The position numbers were made by a program, and so were the translations under genes. A stretch of 64,000 nt of DNA. Source: Eledone cirrhosa. Its lineage: Eukaryota. The notes under the pieces were generated by a model that was not told the origin of the DNA, did not search any database, and saw only the letters and a program-made list of their open reading frames with translations. Shown here piece by piece: positions 61,378 to 64,000 of this stretch; position 1 is the first letter of the stretch; every line of letters begins with the position of its first letter. The stretch covers positions 1-64,000 of the forward strand of contig CAXHJY010001742.1 in the NCBI GenBank assembly GCA_964016885.1, given 5' to 3'.

Positions 61378-61706
61378 CCCCCCAGCTATTGCTGGTACCC
61401 ATTTTCCGCTGAGTGTACTGTAGCAACGTGAAATGCGGTGTTGTGCTAAAGACCACAACACACAATACAGCCTAGAAATCGTACCCACGACATTATGATC
61501 GTAAGTTCAACAAACTAAATCATATAATTTTAATAAATGACTGAAACTACCAAAATGGAATAGTTTACGTATTTAATACTTGAGGTTAAACAATATTTTT
61601 TGAACAGTAAAAAAAGAATCGGTACTGCCATGTATATAAAGTATAAATGTATATGTACAAAATGTAAATGTAATATGTACAAAGTATAAATATGGTATGA
61701 ACGAAC

Positions 61707-61777
61707 CTGCTTCCACCGGCTAGTTGAAGAATGAGGTCTTGGATGTCTTTGGAACAGCAATGGCGGCTGAATGTTAT
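61707..61777 (-). CDS. PDE9: PDE9 exon 2 equivalent (ITFSRHCCSKDIQDLILQLAGGS)
   Basis: 71 nt, phase 0 to 2; resembles PDE9A VIFSKYCNSSDIMDLF. Confidence 0.88.
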
Positions 61778-63491
61778 CTGAAAATAATAATGATTTCTAG
61801 TATAGGCCAGTAATTTGGGGGGAGGAGGAAGTAGATTAAATCGACCGCAGTACTTACTGCTGCTTTATTTTACTGACACCGTAATGATGAAAGGCAAAGC
61901 TAACCTCGGCGGGATTTGAATTTAGAACGTAAAGGGCTGTAATTAAATGTTACGAGGCATTTTGTCCGACGCTCTACCGATTCTGCAAATCCAACAACAG
62001 ACAATTATCCAAACCTCAGTATGCCTCCCACCTCACCCTACCCCGAGGTAAGTTGAAATATATTTCAGTATGAAAGAGAGACAACTGGAAAGAAATGTCA
62101 GCTTCAAACGGAAGGGCGATATGTAAGTTTGTATGGCCCCGTAACTCCTGATAGAGACGTAAGGGCGCTGTATTCAGCAGATTTCTTCCAGAGAAAGATA
62201 GAAAGTGAGAGAGAAGTTGACCTCAGCAGGATTTGAACTCAGTGAGCAAAGAGCCGGAACGAATAAAATAAAGCATTCTATTCGACATTCTAACGACTCA
62301 GTCAATTGAAGGGCGATATAACAACAACCAAATAATCATTGAAGCAGGTGATTCAGGCAATAGCACAGAGAATCAGGAGGTTTAACAAGAGGAAGAAGGC
62401 GTTCATGTAAAATAAGATCTTCAATGAAGCCATCAAGACATTGAAAGGTAAGCTTGGCAAGAAGAAGATTAACTATCCACTATCAAAGACGTCAAAGGAT
62501 GTTGCAGTGGAATGGATCACCATCAGTTTCGACGATGAATGTTTCAGGTCAATCAACGGAACAGCTTGTTTGTGTAATTAACTTTGGCGTAGATTTGGTT
62601 ATTACTTCTAGCAGTGTGTAAAGCACCCAACAACAATAACAACAGTAATAACAACAACAGTAGTAGCAGCAACAAAACAACAATAATAACAACAGCAACA
62701 ACAGAAATAACAAAAAACAATGGTAGAAGCAACAGCAAGACCAGCAGCCACAAAAACAACAACAACAACAACAACAATAATGACAGCAACAATAACAACA
62801 ACGTCAGCCACAATAACAGAATTGATGTTAAAAGTACAGCAAAGGTTGGGAGTATAATGGCTGCTTATCTGTATTTTACTCCCTGCAGGCGGAAACGGAA
62901 ATAACTCCTTAAATGAAATGGAGAAATATTCTAAGATTACAGTGGAGCAGTTTATATACTTAGAACATATAGTAGAATATAAGAATATAGGAATATTTAC
63001 TAGAATATATAATTTGGAATGTATAATTAGGAATACAGACTAGAATATTATACAGTTTGGAATATATACTAGAATATATATTATTAGTAAGGTGGCAAAT
63101 TGGAAGAGTCGTTAGAACGTCGGATAGAATGCTTTGCGGTATTCGTTTCAGGTCTCTGCACTCCCAGTTCAAATTCTGCTAAGGTCAACTGTGTCTTTCA
63201 TCATTTCAAGGTCGATAAAAAGAACAGGTCTAGCACTAGGGTGGATTCTTCCTTTATATCTCTTTCTCGCTTCTATTCTTTCACTCTCTATTCTTCTGTT
63301 GAAGAAATCTGCTGTATTCAGATCTGGAGAGGAGATGGGCTCCGCCAGGTTTTTAAATGCCTGAGAAACGCTGTAAGTCAATACGGCGTCCCTACTAATT
63401 CCCCAGAAGTTAGTATATATATCAGCAGCGACTCACATAGCAGGATTCATAATGGAGGTGTATAGGGCATAATATGTAATTGTTTATATAT

Positions 63492-63710
63492 AATGGTTTC
63501 TTATATAGGCACCAGGCCAGCAATTTTGGGGAGGGGGAAGTCGATTAAATCGACCCCAGTGCGTGACTGGTACTTTATTTCATCGACCCCGTAAGGATGA
63601 AAGGCAAAGTTAACCTCGGCGGGATTTGAACTCAGATCAGAAAGGGCCGTAATTCTATGCTGCAAAGCATGGCGTCTGACCCTCTACCAATACTGCCAAT
63701 CCACTGCTCT
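63492..63710 (-). mobile_element. SINE family A
   Basis: Reverse-complement similarity to the 14668 copy. Confidence 0.82.
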
Positions 63711-64000
63711 ATAGGCATAATATATAAGCATATATAAGTCTCGCTATGAATGTTTTAAGCTGCGATCATGTCAGAACACCAGACAGTAGAGTTTCGGGAT
63801 TTTTTAATCCATCATCAGTTATACTTACTCATTCAGTATTAAGACAATAATCAGCTATAGCTTAAATACTTTTTGTATATAAAACATTTGTTGGATAAAT
63901 TTTATTTAAAATGACCCTCAGCATGCCCCCTATAAAGTAACTTAATGTTCCTTATTTTGTGTATTAGGGATTTTATCAAAATGTTCCCTGCCATGCCCTC

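Noticed and set aside
61778-64000. PDE9 first coding exon
   Set aside because: No convincing MG-starting exon with a phase-0 donor found; probably outside the window

Overview
Eukaryotic, very AT-rich, microsatellite-dense window. The repeat content resembles an octopod cephalopod (inference). About 1-25 kb is giant (TA)n/(TG/CA) arrays that host two young CR1/L2-group LINEs (one with an intact 1005-aa APE+RT ORF), a CR1 3' fragment, a tRNA-SINE, and a Penelope-like element (RT + GIY-YIG) with ~900-bp inverted ends carrying hammerhead ribozymes. At 25.2-28.9 kb there is an unusual compact cassette: a three-exon SGNH/GDSL-hydrolase-like gene with 55-57-bp introns, a convergent orphan ORF and a 220-bp inverted-repeat module. 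From 32.9 to 61.8 kb on the minus strand lie up to 15 phase-consistent coding exons (14 solid, the last tentative) of a cGMP phosphodiesterase PDE9 orthologue; exon 1 was not found and is probably beyond the window. Its introns carry SINEs, RTE fragments, Penelope pLTR remnants, tandem arrays and inverted repeats. The long Y/I-rich ORFs in the ORF track are microsatellite artefacts. Coordinates were read by eye; repeat boundaries are approximate.
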